From the NCBI RefSeq assembly GCF_009914755.1, contig NC_060930.1: a DNA stretch of 64,000 bases. The stretch is one strand, 5' to 3'. Below, in pieces: positions 13,667 through 27,060 of this stretch (position 1 is the stretch's first letter; every line of letters begins with the position of its first letter). The position numbers and the translations under genes are program-made. The notes beneath the pieces are model-generated. The model was not told the DNA's origin, did no database searches, and saw only the letters and a list, made by a program, of their open reading frames with translations. This DNA is from the human T2T-CHM13v2.0 reference genome, Homo sapiens.

Positions 13667-14564
13667 GAGTCTATACTAATGATAAAATATAAGCTCAGAA
13701 AGAAAGAATTTATCATAGTGGTAATGATAAATTACCACTCAAATGCTACCCTGCAGAAGTTACTTCATATGACATCTACAAGAACCATGTTGCATATCAG
13801 AAGTAAAATTATTATTGGTAAAGAGAATAAGACTACTATGACCCATTTAGATAAATAATGATTCCTTCCTGGGCATTAAATAAGTGATCATTTCCTGTGA
13901 AACTTATGAAGGATGTGGGTGAAACCTAAACAAAATCATTTGCTTAGGAAGGAGAAATGTGTCTTCTTAGATTTAAATCAGCAATTACGTTTTCTTCCTT
14001 CTTGGTCCAAGAGTTAGTGTAAGCTCCTTTTTGAAGGTTGACAGATAATTCAGCATATAGAAAGCAAGCAGAATTTTTTAAATTTGGAGAGCTAGGCTGA
14101 ATATATAACACAAAAAAACCATCTATCTACTAAGTAAACAGTCCAATTCATTGGAATTTTGCAGTGTATACTAGGAAGAGGCAAAGCTTCTTTGGCAGTA
14201 ACAACTTGTCTTAAAGTGATCACTAAGCAAATATGGAAGCAAAGATTGATGATGCCATGTGTCTTAAATGAGGAATTTTATCAAACTGGGATAGACTATA
14301 ATGGAACATAAATAATATAGAAAGCAAATAATAGAATAAGATAAGCAGAATACAACAATAGGAATTCAGACCAAATCAAAACAACTTTCTGCAACTTGTA
14401 CCTCATCCTTAGAAGTAGAAGAAACTTAAATGCTGCTGAGTAGAGTTATGTCCTGGCTAGTGCTATATCCAATATATTCTTATTCATTAGTAGGCTCGGG
14501 CATTTTCTCTCTGTCTCTCTCCTTTCTTTTTCTCATTTGTTCTATCCACCCTTCAACCTCCACC

Positions 14565-14638
14565 TTCTCTCTGTCTCTGTCTGTCTCTTTTGGACTGTCT
14601 CTCTCCTTCTCTGTCTCTGTCTTTCTCTCTCTCTCTCT

Positions 14639-14692
<54 letters not shown>
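14565..14692. repeat. Compound (CT/CTGT)n-(CA)~24 microsatellite
   Basis: Direct reading; CA run 14645-14692. Confidence 0.95.
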
Positions 14693-14693
<1 letters not shown>

Positions 14694-16624
14694 GTTTATG
14701 AAATCTAGAGTATTTACCTGGCAGATATTTGGACTGAGTGAAAATTATAATTTTATTAAAATGATCATATCCTTACAAAATATTTCACTGACAAAACATA
14801 TTCTATCTAAGTGTTAACACGTTACAGTGGCACAGTCCTTTTTTACAACCACCACTGCTACAATTGCCTAGTGTGCTATATTTGCCTTTGTGGTATATAC
14901 ACATTGCTAAGTACCATAAGCATGCCATCAAAAATGTCTTATGGCCTATTTTTTCCTCTGTCAAGGTTTATTTTTTTCTCTTCCATTGGTCAATATTTCT
15001 CTCTTTTTAATTTCCATTAAATTTTTATTCATGTGTATTGTTCACTTATCTTTCTTACTTCAGTTGTTTTTAAATTTGACAGACTAAAAAGCCATTATAA
15101 TCTTGAAGTTAATAACTCAGAAAAGGGCATGACTTTAGAATTTGTACTTTTATTATAGTAATATCTTATGCTTTAATGCAGCTAAATATACAAGCAACTT
15201 ATTTCTAAATGGAAATAAGTTTTAAAATGGTAGTATAACCAGGGTTTGAAATTTCTCCAGTACAAAATGACAAAAAAGTAATTAACTTAATATCTTCATT
15301 CCTCAAAAATCTTTTATGTAATGCCTTGCTGTTATTTATTTTCTTCACAGAATTGTATACTTTAAATAGTTAATCATAAAATTTCTATAGATTTTAAACA
15401 AGTGTTCTCTTCCAATTGTCTAAACCATTGAGATTAAGGCTACATTATGCCATTCAGATCAATCATTTAAAACAGAAATTTATACTAACAACCTCAGGAT
15501 GATGAATATTACATGTAATAATAGTTGCCTATTCATATTTGCTACTTGCCTTTCTTAACAATAATCTTATTCCATACAATCAATAATTAGCACGTTTGTC
15601 CCACAGACACACTGTATACCTAGGTTACAGTTTGATACATGAGGCTGTTGTGCCTCAGTGTTTAAAGAATGAATGAATGGATTAATAAATGACATAGGTA
15701 TAAGTTGGTATGTCTATAATCCATTGAATGTTGTATACTGTATCTATAGTAAAAGCTTTGCTATGTTAAAAAAAAAAAAAGTCTTTCTTCCCCCTGATGC
15801 CAGGGGCAACTTGATTAGTTTTATATAACTACATTTTTTTTTTCATTTCATCCACTTTCATTTGATATTGGGTGTTATGAGATAAGGTCTAAAATTAAGG
15901 TCTTAAATTAATAGGATCTCTCTGACCTAGATCCATATTGTTTCTCTGTGATTTTTTGAATTTTTCACCTATTCACATCATATTTTCCTAGTGTTTCACC
16001 TCTTTCACTTAAGCTGTGATGGTTAGTTTGCTTAAACTGATGCAAATCATTACAAGTCAACATGGACATGAAATGATGGGCAGGATAGACCGAATCTGGA
16101 CAAACCGACTCAACATGTGTCCTAACTCACCCCCAAATTGTTCCTTAGTTTTTCCTTTAATATCATTATACTTTGTTTCTTGAAAAGGATGGAACTCTAA
16201 ATAATGAGGGATCTACATACATTATTAGGAAAAACAGTTTGTTTAGTAGAATTTTACAGGAATGCCCTGCTGCTCGATGGAGAATTCTTTGATTTCAAAA
16301 TTTTCTGGTGGAACCACCGATTATGAAATAATTGCTAATAAATATTTTTTATCATAGTAAATATTCTCATCTGTGATAAAAATACTTTAAAATGCCTTCC
16401 TCTATAGTGAGAAATTTTAGCTGAAAATAATTTATGGTAAAATTATATATAATTAATATTCACTTCAGATGTAATTTCATAATTTATATGTTTTCAATTT
16501 TCAAAATGTTATAGGTAGAAGTAAGTTTATGTGTTTTTAATAAGCTCTCATCTTGGAGAAGCTGTAATACATTTATCAAGTTTGTATCAATATTGTATTG
16601 CATTAGCAATCTGTCTCAGGATTA

Positions 16625-16969
16625 TACTAGTCCCCACCTTATCCATGGTTTCAGTTTCTGTGGTTTTGGTTATCCTCAGTCAACCAAGGTTCAAAAACAG
16701 GTGAGTACGGTACAGTAAGATATTTTAAGAGAGAGATCATATTCATATAATTTTTATTTCACTATATTGTTATAAGTATTGTTATGTGCTCTACTTTATT
16801 ATTAGTTATTGTTAATCTCTTACTATACCTAATTTATAAATTAAACTTTATCATAGGTATGTATGTATAGACAAAAACACAGTGTATGTAATATTCAGTA
16901 CTATTCGCACTTTCAAGCATCCACTGGGAATGTTGGAATGTATTCCCTGAAGATGAGGGGAGGGTACTC
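16625..16969 (+). mobile_element. MER44A (TcMar-Tigger MITE)
   Basis: tagtccccaccttatcc...aggtgagtacggtacagtaagatatttt...aattaaactttatcataggtatgtatg...gatgaggggagggtactc, TA-flanked. Confidence 0.85.
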
Positions 16970-19900
16970 TATTTATGTGTGTACAGGTTTATATATGGGT
17001 AAAACATACTGACACATAATTTGTACACAACTAGAAATTTTTACTGTTAAGCTTACCTAAGCTAAGAATTTTTTAAAAGTCCTCATAATTCAGTAAGTTC
17101 AAATACATCTGGTGGCAAAGGAAGAAAATTGGCAATCAGTGAATTACGAGGAAGAGACTCTATATTCCAGTGCACTGAGCCAAGGCATTATTTTATTATT
17201 TCCTTAAATGTAAGGGCTGAATAACTTATTTCATTAAAAATGATGGTGCAGTAAGGTTAGAATCTCTATTTGCATATTACTTCTGCATCTATGAATTAAC
17301 ATTTGATATACTCTCTTTAGTCAATTTGTGCATAAGCACAGACAGATTTTCATTAGATCTACAGCAAGCTGCTGCCTGAGGTCCTCAAGGCAGTCAAAGG
17401 ATAGATCCTTCTCAAATTGTTTAGAAGAAATTTTCATGTTTAATAAAATGGCAGTTGAACCTTCCTGGATTTAAAAATTAAAGATGAAAGAAGAGAAAAT
17501 ATAACAAAAGAAAAGGAAAAAAATTACACAGTCAGGTTCTTCTGTGGTGAGTTTACTGAAGCAATTAAATATTACTCCATTGTGGAACATACAAAGCTTA
17601 GAAAACCACTAAAACTGAATCGACTTTAAATATAAAACACTCCTCAGGAAGCAGCGGTGACTTATTTCAATGACTTGTTTGGAAGCAAACAAAAAGCAAT
17701 ATGAACGGAATATTAACACTGCAAAAAGTAAATACTTTTAAAACATTGTTTCTGTGGAAAATCAGTGATTTCCATAAGCTACAAGTCTAGCTCTTACTTG
17801 AACTGCTTGGTTGTTACTTAAGGAAAGTTACTTTTCCTGGTCTTGGAACCCCATGCAGAAACTGGGCAAAGTGCTCTGGGTTATTTCTCACCATTTGCAG
17901 CTAGGGTGATTATTAACACACTGATTTCTTTCTTACCTAATAGGCTTCTTCAAACACATTTCTTATTGGGTATATGCCTACTTAACTGCTTTAAGCACTG
18001 AGTAGAAAAGATTAAAGTAACTAGGGCTCTAGATTTTAAAATATATCTATAGTTTCTACTGCTAAGAGTCCCAGCTTTTCTCTACAGTTGCCTTTAAAAA
18101 CAAAAACACACTTTGTCTTATTTTTTCCCAACACGGAGAGTGAGGTCAGATTTAAGAATTCCCATTTGAACAGAGACGTCTCACAAATTCAGTAGTTTTT
18201 AACTTTTCCAACAGTGTACTAAAAATTTACTGAACAAACTAGTAACTTAGTTTTCTAACAGTTTATTGAACAGCTAGTTTGCAGAATGAAGATACTGCCT
18301 TGAAGGGCAACTAAAATGCTTTCAGTTTGCAGTTGAATTCATTATTAAAACATATACACACTCAAAACCTCCATTCAATGTAGAAGAGAGTAGGGAAAAG
18401 TCAAGACTCTTCAAATGATCATGCTTGCTCTGTAAAAATGGGAGTGGGCAACCAGCACAAAATAGCTTTGGAAGTAGCTAAATGATGGTACTTTCTCTGA
18501 ACTGATATTCATCTAGCAATGTTAAGTTAGCTTGCAAATTTAGAAAAGACCAGAATATAACCCAATTTTAAAAAATTAATATAATGAAATTTGGCATATA
18601 TTGTATACATACATACATTGTGTGTGGATGTGGTGATGATTAGGTTAATACGTTTTTATATTTTACATAAAGAATTTTATTACTGAAATTAACCAGTAAT
18701 CACAAACTTCTTGAAACTTCAACTGGACCTATTTTTTTTTTTAACTTTTTCAACTAAGAGTTCTCCTTAATGTAATTAGATATTGTAGCTGTTTGGGTTT
18801 GTTGAAACATGTTTCTTATCTTTTTTAAAAATCTTTTTTTTTCTGAAACAAAAGGATTATACAGGCTTTGGAGAGGATCTGGAAAAAACAGAACAGATCT
18901 AAAGTCCTTTTATCTTCATCTCAGCAAATCTCTAGCCTGGACAGGACTGAGAAGTACTGCAGCTTTTTGTGCTTGTAAAGAAGTCCTAGTGAACTAATCT
19001 GCCAAGCATGGCATAAAAAGGCAGGAGCACAACCTGGTTCTCACTTCGCCCTCACACTGTTGGATGCCGTTGAAAGAAATTAATCTGAGCAGATTTAGGA
19101 CTGAGGGCTTTACGTCCATATGGATTGGCAGTTGGTGAGACCTCGCTATTAACGGTGCACAATTAATAAATAATATGTCTCTGTTTGCTTCGGTAGCTCT
19201 TGAAGCAATAAAAAGCTTATAAAAAGATTGCTTAGACAAAAACACCACATATGGGCAAGGTCTTGATCCATGCTGGATGTCTTCCATTCAGGAATCCCAT
19301 TAGCATTTTGCGTGGTACATTGCCCCCAAAACACCAATTTGTTATTCATTTTACCAAGATGGACCAAATGAGTTAAGTGCAGTTATTAATAACTCTTTAC
19401 ATAAATAAATAAGGAAATGAGCAAATACATAAATAGTATTAAAATTATAAATAACAATGTTATCCTAGAATGGCATAATGTTACTGTTACAGCATGCAGG
19501 CAGAGATTGGGATGTAAGCAGCTACCATTTACAGGGTGAAACTGCTGCTTCACAGGGCACCTTTGTTCTCTTGCATGATAAATAACTCTAAGACACCACT
19601 TCAATTCTGATTTCAGAAGCAAATTAAATTTCAAAATTAAAACAAATTAAATTTAAACGTTGCTTTTATATCACCTATCTGTAGCAGACCTTATCAAGAA
19701 AATCTGCGGGCTCTGTGATCCTAAGAGATTTTTGACCTGATTTAAATCCTGGGACTAAAAAAGATGAAGATACCAACTAATGAAGGCTTCTACTAAAATA
19801 TGTCATCTAGCAGAATGATAAATTATGTCTGAGGACTATTCTGTATTTGCAAAATTATATAAACTCCAATACATAAGTAAATACATTTCAATTATGTTTA

Positions 19901-20100
19901 TTTTGTATGGTGGCATATAAGTATATGCAACACAGTTTAAAGAAGAATAGCCTGATCACTTCATACGAACAGTAACTTTGGAAATGAATTTAAACGAAAA
20001 CAAAATGGAAATGAAAGCATTAGTATCCTATGTCTTCAAAGATTGACTCAAATATCAGGGACATAAGTTGACATCATAGAATATGGTATTACAAAGATAT

Positions 20101-20163
20101 CTTTACTTTTTTCTTTTCATTTTCCTGTAATTCTTCCAGGTAAGGAGATTATTATCTGTGAGT
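20101..20163 (+). other. Candidate recursive splice site / 18-nt microexon (3'ss AG at 20138-20139 abutting GTAAG; second donor GTGAGT at 20158)
   Basis: ctttacttttttcttttcattttcctgtaattcttccag|gtaaggagattattatct|gtgagt; no transcript evidence available. Confidence 0.4.
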
Positions 20164-22429
20164 ACATGCCTGAGTTTTCTTTTTCTTTTAATCTTTTTTT
20201 TTTTTTTAAAGGAAGCTCTTACACTTTTACACGTAACGCTTTTCAAGAAAGCCTATCTGGCATTGCTGTTACATGAGTGCCACTTGCAAATATTGAGCAT
20301 AATTCAGCTTTCTTTGAAATTGATCACAGCTTTTTCTATAAGAAATTCAGTTTAATGGATAGGTTGTAGTGAGTCTGCAGATAAATCAGTTGGGTTATTT
20401 TTGATATACAAAATAAAGTTCCCACATTCTCTTACACTCTTTACTGTATTATTCTATAATATATGCAGTTAAAGTTAGCATACATTTAAAAGTATTACAT
20501 TTTATTTCCTTTCAAAGAAGTAGAATAATTTTCTTATTTCAGTTGAATTATTAAATTTATTCATTGCTAAAAATCTGGGCGAATGAACAAACACAATCAT
20601 TAAATGAGAGAAGTAAAATAATGCTACAATTTTTTTTTTTTCTGGAATAACACTTCCTGGGCTTTCAGTAAGCAACTGTTGAAATAGTTGTGACATTCTC
20701 TTAGAAATTACATGGTTGTGTGCAAACAAGACTTCAACTAGGATTTTTGAAATCAGATGTATAGGGGTAACTTTTTTCCAACTGGGTCACATTCAGGATT
20801 GGGAAAAATTGCATATTATATTGTAATCAAATTTCATGTAACCATGGTAAGATGTGGCAGCCTAGCAATCCTGTCAGTCATTGATTTACTGCTTAATTGT
20901 TGGAAAACATTTTGGAACAATTCCTCCTCCCCCCAGAACTGTCATAAGCTCTTTTTTATTGTCAAGATGTCAGAACAGTCCATCAGGTAGCTTCTCACCT
21001 TAGAAGTGATTTATGATGAAAACTCAACTAGAGATTAGTTTAGTTTTATCATCTTAAAAACTACATGAAAAAAAATTCTGTAAAATTATGTGTTTTTTTC
21101 TGGTCTGTACAATATAATCCACAACAGAGCAGTTAGTTCATAAAAAGAACATACATTATGAGAATGTTCTAAATCTTCACATTCTGTTTATATTTTATTG
21201 CTCTTACTTAGGTTAACATATGGTATATTCTTACAAAGGCTGATTGTTCACATATTTAATTTCTATGCCCATAAAGCAATATATTTTTAATACAATCCAA
21301 CCAGCAGGAAATGATCAGACTCTACTAAATGTTTTAATATTAGCCTGAAGTTGTGAAGTGAAATATAAAAGGGAAAGTGGTTTTAGAGCCTGTGACATTT
21401 CACACTATTCCATCAGCAATAAAGATATATAAATCAACCTTCTGGAATGCCATTTGGGAATTTCAAAATACTAATACCTATACTATGAAATAATTATGAA
21501 ATAAGATATGTAAAGTCAACAATGAAACTAACACAGGAATATATTTCTTTTTGTTACTGACCCCTTTTCCATTATTAATGAAAAAATTTTAATTTGAAGG
21601 GATGATATATATGTTGCACAAACAGGAATTCTGGTTGTTTGTAAATTGGAATCCTGTATTGTTCTTATACCTGATAAAATAGCTGGTGAATTTATTTCAT
21701 CCTAAGTTTTAGGCATACTTAAGTAATCACATCAAAATTATTACTATTTTTACAATCCACTTTCTTCTCCTATTTATAAATTATTGGACTTTTATATTGT
21801 TGCTTTGAAGCACACTTACTTTGTTGATCATCCCAATTATACATTAAAGGAATGGTTCAGTTGATGCAATCTTTGTGTGATAGGCAGAAAACAGCCAAAT
21901 AGAAAATCTCAAAAAGAGAAACACTAATAATTTTTAACTCAACTTCTGAAGTCAGGCTACATTTGAGAGACAAAAAACAAACATAAGGACATTTCAATTT
22001 TTTTAATAATAAAGGATGATTATCGAAGGAGACTCTTCAAATCCTCCTTTTCTCCTATATGGTTTGAAAATGCATTACTATATATTTTGTAGATAATCAC
22101 AGAATTTATTTTGCAAATTATATTCACACTGGAGAAGAGTGCCATCTCCAAAAGTTACTGCATGAAATTGGTTTGTAGCCTATAAAATAGAAACAGAAAA
22201 ATGATAGCATTTAAAATAAAGAGACCAAACAGTATTTGAGAAAATATTTGACACAACATTTGTTTCAAGGCATTGAAGTCTAATTTTTGATCAATGTTAG
22301 AGAGAGCAAGTGGTTCAGTTTAGGGTAATAATATGTATGGCATGCACAAGGAGTTCAGAGCTACAGAACCTGGGGGAAGGCAGAACAGGGGAATCTGGAT
22401 GAGAATCTGGAAAGAGGAATATCTGATGA

Positions 22430-23830
22430 TTGCCACTCTGCTGTTAAAAAAACGTTCAGTGTCTTCTTAATTTCCTAAATATGACATGCTTGACTTTCTA
22501 TATTCTGCTCTTTAACTGCCTCTCTAACCTACCACCAGTTCCCCAATACAACCTACGTTCACACCTTAACTAACTACTTACAGATCCCTGAGTGTTAGAT
22601 GCCTCTGTAGCTTTGCACATGCTCTGCTCTGTATTTGAAATGCCCCTTATCTCCATCCCATAAGGAGAGCTCCTACTCATCGTTTAAGCATTAGTTAGCA
22701 TGTCACTAATTTTCATAAATCTTGTCTAAGCCACTTTAGATATTTATACCACTATTATGTGTTATAGTTTAGTATCTTTATTATGTACATATGTATATAT
22801 ATAATATTTAAATAATATATTTCCTGTCAATTAAGTTTTAAACTTCCTGAGAGAAGGGCAATTAACTTATTTTTCCCATATCTCTGTAACCAGTGTATAT
22901 AATTCATTTATTGCTCTTGTCTGCCTTGTAGCTTAACTATATCAAATGGTATCAACATTAGTCATTTTATTATTTGATTGTCATTTCATATTTTATACAT
23001 TTATTACATATACCTGCAGCCCTGACTTGGTCCCTGAGCATTCACCCTGGCTCTCTAACTGCCAGTTGGATCTTTAACCATTACCTAATTTTCAATGATC
23101 TGACAACATATTCACTCTCTTTTCTGAAATATACTTCATATCTCACATTTTTTATTTCAATCATTGGCATAATAATTCCCCCAAGATCCTAGCTTAAGAA
23201 CTTGGAGCCATACCTGACTTCATTCCCAATGAATGAAGACATTCATTTATAGACATTAAATCACCATGTCCTTTCTCTATTTACTTCTATGTCTTCCTTT
23301 TCTTTTTCACTTGCTCTACCTTGGTCCAGATCCTACTACAGTAGCAGAAAGCAAATTCCCAATAAACTGCTTTGACGCATCTTTTCCTTAAACATTTTAA
23401 AGGACTATGGCTGCTGAAACGATATCCCATTTTCAGCTTACAATTTAGCATCCTGTACACTTTGATTACTTCCTATCTCTTTAAAGATATCCTCACTATG
23501 TTCTCCTAACAATTTTCTTTCATTGCTGCCTAATTTTATTTATAGTTCCGAACATTATCTTTTGTTGCCCAAAATGTCCTCCCCTTTTTCGTCTTTCCTT
23601 GGGCATAATTTTGTCCTGATGATTTAACTTAAGCTCCACTTACTCCACAACACTCTGATACCCATCCTATCCCATCCCTTCTCAGCTGCTTTCCCACCTA
23701 GTGTCCATGTTACTTGCTGGGAACTTAGCAAATGTAGCTCTCTGCTTAAATTTATGGTTTTCAAGTGAAAATCCTGTCTCCTTAACTGGGTTGCAGATGT
23801 GAAAGCAGGGCTTTTTTACAAATTTAAATT
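22430..23830 (+). mobile_element. Degenerate LINE-2 fragments
   Basis: gctttgcacatgct, ctcctactcatc, aaacttcctgagagaagggc and related L2 3' motifs. Confidence 0.5.
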
Positions 23831-24135
23831 GTTCAGCCTTATATATTGTATTTATATTCATGATTATGATGATTTATTGAAAGCTTTTGTTCAGGATTAT
23901 GATTTCCATTTATTACACTGGATACTATTTTATACTACAGCTTCCATAAAGGCAGTGTATACTAAATGGAGCACTGATTGTAGTTTACTGATTATAGGTT
24001 GCTTATTAACACTGCTCGTTACTTACTACTGTTCTTTATTTTGTATTCCTGGACTCTGATGTAGCACTTGTCCTAATTGTTTCTTACCTAGATTATCAGG
24101 ATAGCTTCTCTATCTTCAGCTTTCTCTTCTTCAAC

Positions 24136-24443
24136 TTTTTTTTTTTTTTTTTTTTTTTTTTGAGATGGAGTCTTTCTCGCTCTGTCGCCCAGGCTGGAGT
24201 GCAGTGGCGCGATCTCGGCTCACTGCAACCCCGCCTCCCGGGTTCAAGCGATTCTTCTGCCTTAGGCTCCTGAGTAGCTGTGACTACAGTGTGCACCACC
24301 ATGCCTAGCTAATTTTTGTATTTTTAGTAGAGACGGGGTTTTACCATATTAGCCAGGCTGGTCTGGAACTCCTGACCTCATGATCTGCCCGCCTTAGCCT
24401 CCCAAAGTGCTGGGATTACAGGCGTGAGTCACTGTGCCTGACT
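24136..24443 (-). mobile_element. AluS (AluSg-like), full length
   Basis: T26 tail then antisense dimer; gacctcatgatc; short flanking repeat cttcaa. Confidence 0.95.
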
Positions 24444-24559
24444 CTTCAAAGGTTTTATTGAATACTATTAACTACAGCCTGTGTGACATTTTAATATTAC
24501 TATCAACATTTTTTGTTCTAAAATTTTAAGTTTGGTAAGTTTATATTATGTGCATCCTC

Positions 24560-25045
24560 AAAAATCATCAGTGACTCCTAATTGTCTATAAAGACTACTT
24601 TTATCTGCTCTGGTATACCTTGCCCTGTTTGTGACATTTCCCTTTATACATTCATACATTTGCAGTAGTCAAGTCCAAGCATGTAATGTGCTGACCTCCC
24701 TACGTCAGATGCACCCTTATAATTTTATGTCTTTACTAATGAGATTCCTTTATCTTGGAATTCCATACTCCTGTGAAATACTAGTAAAATTCCTATGCTT
24801 CACCCAAAAATCACTTTATTGAAAAAAATGTTTTCCTCTTCTTTGTTACAAGAGCATTTTGTTTGTACTTCTATTATGGCAATATCTTAGTCACCTTGTG
24901 TCATAGTCGTGTTATGAATGCATATTACTTTTTCTGTGCTAAATTGTAAGGCTTTTGAGATTGGTTATTGTGCAAAATATGTCTCTGATTCCCATCAATG
25001 CTTAGCTCCATCACTGCAGTCTAATTGTCATGCAATAATTATTTC
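24560..25045 (+). mobile_element. LINE-2 3' fragment
   Basis: ctaaattgtaaggcttttgag...gtctctgattccc...gcttagc...caataattattt. Confidence 0.45.
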
Positions 25046-26639
25046 TTAGAAATTTATTTCTTAAAAAATATTTATTTTATATTATTTTTAAGAGATAATT
25101 TATTATGCATACTTTAATATAGAGTTCCTAATTTCAGTTCTTACACTGACTATCTCAGCCTCATATTTATATGTGGAAAATAGGATAATAACATCTGGTA
25201 TTTGTAACTGAAGTATGTTTCCAATAAGTGGCTCATTCACTTCTTTCTGAACACTCTCACATCACCTTCTCACTAATGACTGTTGTTTGCTTGTTTTTGT
25301 AAAGCAATACATCTTGGTAGTGTTTAGTTGACATTCTTGCTTCTCTAGCTGGCAGTTTGAGGACAGTCAGCTTGTAAGAACTTTTTAAAGTTGGTTCTTT
25401 GGGTATAGGAGACTTTATATGTAATTCCATGAAACTTTAGGAGAAGCAAAGGCTATTTCTAAGAACAATCAATCTCTTCAAGTTTTAATGGGATTCTATA
25501 AGAGTCAGAACATTTTCCGTGCTTATTAAGGGTAATTTCATTAGTTTTATAGAGTACCAGTGAAAAAGATAGCTTTCTTCATGTGCCTTAGTTGAGTTAT
25601 TTAAGAACACCGTAGTTCATCCCATTGTGGTGAGATATGCCATCAAATTCAGTCCTACTTTCTGTACTGGGTCTAATCAATAAACTGTATCAAGCAAAAA
25701 GAAATAAATTGAAATTATCTGATGTAGCAGGATGGTTATTTACACAAATAACTTCTACATTTTGAAATTCAATTTGGAAACACACTAGACATTATGATAT
25801 CTGTCTCTTAAAAAATTTCATAACCACCAATATATAGTCCAGTGTACTCAACATAATGTCCTTCTGGAACAGAGTTTGCAAACAAATTCAGGGTTCTATG
25901 GAAATATTGTGTTAGTAGAAGACATACTTATGGAAAAGGTTCTGGGTAAACTTTACATGAGCATAGTCTTTTTGTGTTGGAGCATCAAAGTTCATGGGCC
26001 CAGTCCTAATAATGTTTTCCTTACACAATCTGAGTTAGGATTCTTTGTTGAATTGAATTGAAATTTAAATTTCTTGTTGAATTTTTTGACTTAGAAGATC
26101 CTAAACATTGTGGCTATTTCTTCATTACCAGAATTTCAGGTTTCTACACAAGTTTATACCTAGTAAATTATGGTTTTAAATCTGCTATATCAAATAATTG
26201 CTTCTAAATTGAAATACCTGACTAGTACTCAAGGCTTACAAATCACTGCTTCATGCATAGGTAAATATTAGACATGAAATGCAATCTCAAGTAAATCAAT
26301 GACCAAAAAGAACTTCAGAACAAAAGAAAATGACAGTGAAAGAAAAGAATAAAACAGATAAACAGAGAAAACATGAGGTTTTCTTTTATTGCCATGAGTA
26401 AGATTTTAAATCTGAGTCTACTAATGATTATTAACTTGCCACAGTTCCATGAAGGTCATTAATTTTCTAATATCCTTCCTCTATTTTCTGACTGGGGGAG
26501 AATTCCTTTATGTAGTGCTTTAGATGAAATGAGGATTGGGAATTTGGAAATTCTTGTCACAGTAGGGGCAGAATTTTTAAAAAACAATAGTATCACACAC
26601 ACACAATAAAAAACACTTTCAAGATAGAGAAAGTGATTA

Positions 26640-27060
26640 AGATGGAGGAGTGGATCATTAATGCTCCAAGCTGCAGAGAAGACAGTAAAGATCAACAATC
26701 AAACTTGTCATTGGATTTAACATCAAGCAAGTCACTACTGAGCATGAGTAAGGAGTTTTAGTCAAGTAAGAAAGATTAAGGGGGTAACAGCCTGTATGAA
26801 ATTTGGAGGTTTGGAAATGAAGGTTTTGAAAATAGAAAATGTGTGTAGGTTATGCTTTCAGCAGTGCTGATTAGTAAAAGAAAAAAATAGATGGAAAAGA
26901 GGGCTATAAAATCGTGGAGGAAAAGGTTTTATTTCGATTTATTATTATGAGAAACACGAGCAAAGTTAAATTCGGGGGGTGGGGGAGAAAGAGAGAGAGA
27001 GAGAAGAGACATGAGAAAGAGAATTATGCAAGGTAATGATTCCTAAGTGCCAGAATCCAA
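26640..27060 (-). mobile_element. LINE-2 fragment
   Basis: gctgcagagaagacagtaaagatc...cattggatttaacatc...gtcact purine-rich antisense L2. Confidence 0.45.

Noticed and set aside
14430-14817. ORFs with HTHT/CVCV runs (also 6270-6524 and 44264-44494)
   Set aside because: Translations of CA/CT microsatellites.
24096-24302. Alu-derived ORFs (also 30025-30307, 36319-36662, 58761-59112, 60877-61071)
   Set aside because: Standard Alu reading-frame artefacts.
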